Positions 63,285 through 64,000 of a stretch of 64,000 bases of DNA are shown in pieces. This DNA comes from Felis catus (lineage: Eukaryota). Each line of letters starts with the position of its first letter. The first letter of the stretch is position 1. Made by a program: the position numbers and the translations under genes. The notes beneath the pieces were generated by a model that had not been told where the DNA came from, ran no database searches, and saw only the letters and a list, made by a program, of their open reading frames with translations. The DNA is taken from contig NC_058368.1 of the NCBI RefSeq assembly GCF_018350175.1, positions 117,120,001 to 117,184,000 on the forward strand, read 5' to 3'.

Positions 63285-64000
63285 GAAAACAGACTTGAGG
63301 CATTTTACTTGAATTGAAAGCAGACGAATAAAAGGACATGAGTTATTTTGTATAAAACATAGTCTGAACAGTTAGGAGCTGGCAACCAAAATCTTGGAGA
63401 ACAAAAGGAAAGGTTACCTTTGAAACTTGAGATTAAGAAGATGGTTATTTTGATTCAGAGGTAGTGATAAACTTCTATTAAGGTACAACATGTGGTCCAG
63501 TTAAATAGAAGGATAAAAATAAAACACTCTCACGTTTTGCATGTCATTAAATTCCTATGGTACCTACTAGGGTATACTTTTATATTGTTATGGTGAAAGT
63601 GTAAAACACTTGATAATCCTTTTCAAAAATTTCTTTTATAAGGAGCAAGGAAAACTATATATCTTTGGTCAACCTCATCCTGAGTATGTCCTATATAGAT
63701 TTGAGCTCTCCTCCAGTTTCCTCTGGAAAAATTAGGAGGAAAATTATCTGCACATCAGATTGAAAATAATACTGGGGGGTAGTTCATGGCTGCAAACATT
63801 TCCCCATATCACTTGGTGAGGCTGTTTTACCATGTGGTCTATGTTCTAAATCTGGAGAGAAGACTTGGCTTTGTTCTTCCAGTATGTGCATTGCCTCTGA
63901 TTAGAAGAAGATAAACTTTTCTCATACTTGGTTAATGGCTCTTCTATAGAATCAAATCTCTAATGAATCTTCTTTGGTAGTAAACACTGGAAAAGAGACA

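Noticed and set aside
61600..64000. Looked for a further gamma-B exon or pseudogene, constant exons or another CSE after A11
   Set aside because: No cadherin motif or CGCT-box element is recognisable before the window ends.
1..64000. CRISPR-like arrays, recombination signal sequences or prokaryote-type systems suggested by the repeat periodicity
   Set aside because: The periodicity is explained by paralogous exons and SINEs. Pcdh diversity arises from promoter choice and splicing, and I saw no repeat-spacer array or RSS.

Overview
Mammalian genomic DNA from the variable region of the clustered protocadherin-gamma (PCDHG) locus of a carnivore. The SINEs are tRNA-derived CanSINEs and one is a very young SINEC_Fc-like copy, so the species is probably a felid. 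The + strand carries the 3' end of one gamma-B variable exon, 11 intact ~2.4 kb variable exons and one decayed pseudo-exon. Each intact exon encodes a signal peptide, EC1-EC6, a TM segment and a variable cytoplasmic part, and ends in a phase-0 GT(G/A)AG donor. By order and by resemblance to the human proteins as I recall them, the series is B2(end)-A5-B3-A6-A7-B4-A8-B5-[A9 pseudogene]-B6-A10-B7-A11; these symbols are not database-verified. Every complete exon has a CSE/CTCF promoter element (TGCAG-like module 28-29 nt upstream of a CGCT box). The constant exons lie outside the window. Intergenic DNA is AT-rich with many CanSINEs, L1 3' fragments and microsatellites. The most notable observations are: (1) the dead A9 exon contains an ~814-bp tract almost identical to A8 that covers the EC2-EC3 specificity domains and stops next to a SINE; (2) a 90-bp orphan copy of B6 EC3 coding sequence sits just upstream of the B6 promoter; (3) a patchwork of gene-conversion tracts, including an identical promoter plus EC1 in B4 and B5; (4) A10 has partly escaped EC6 homogenisation (NAWLSY to NARLSY). 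I found no wholly new biological system. Identity counts and repeat boundaries were made by eye.
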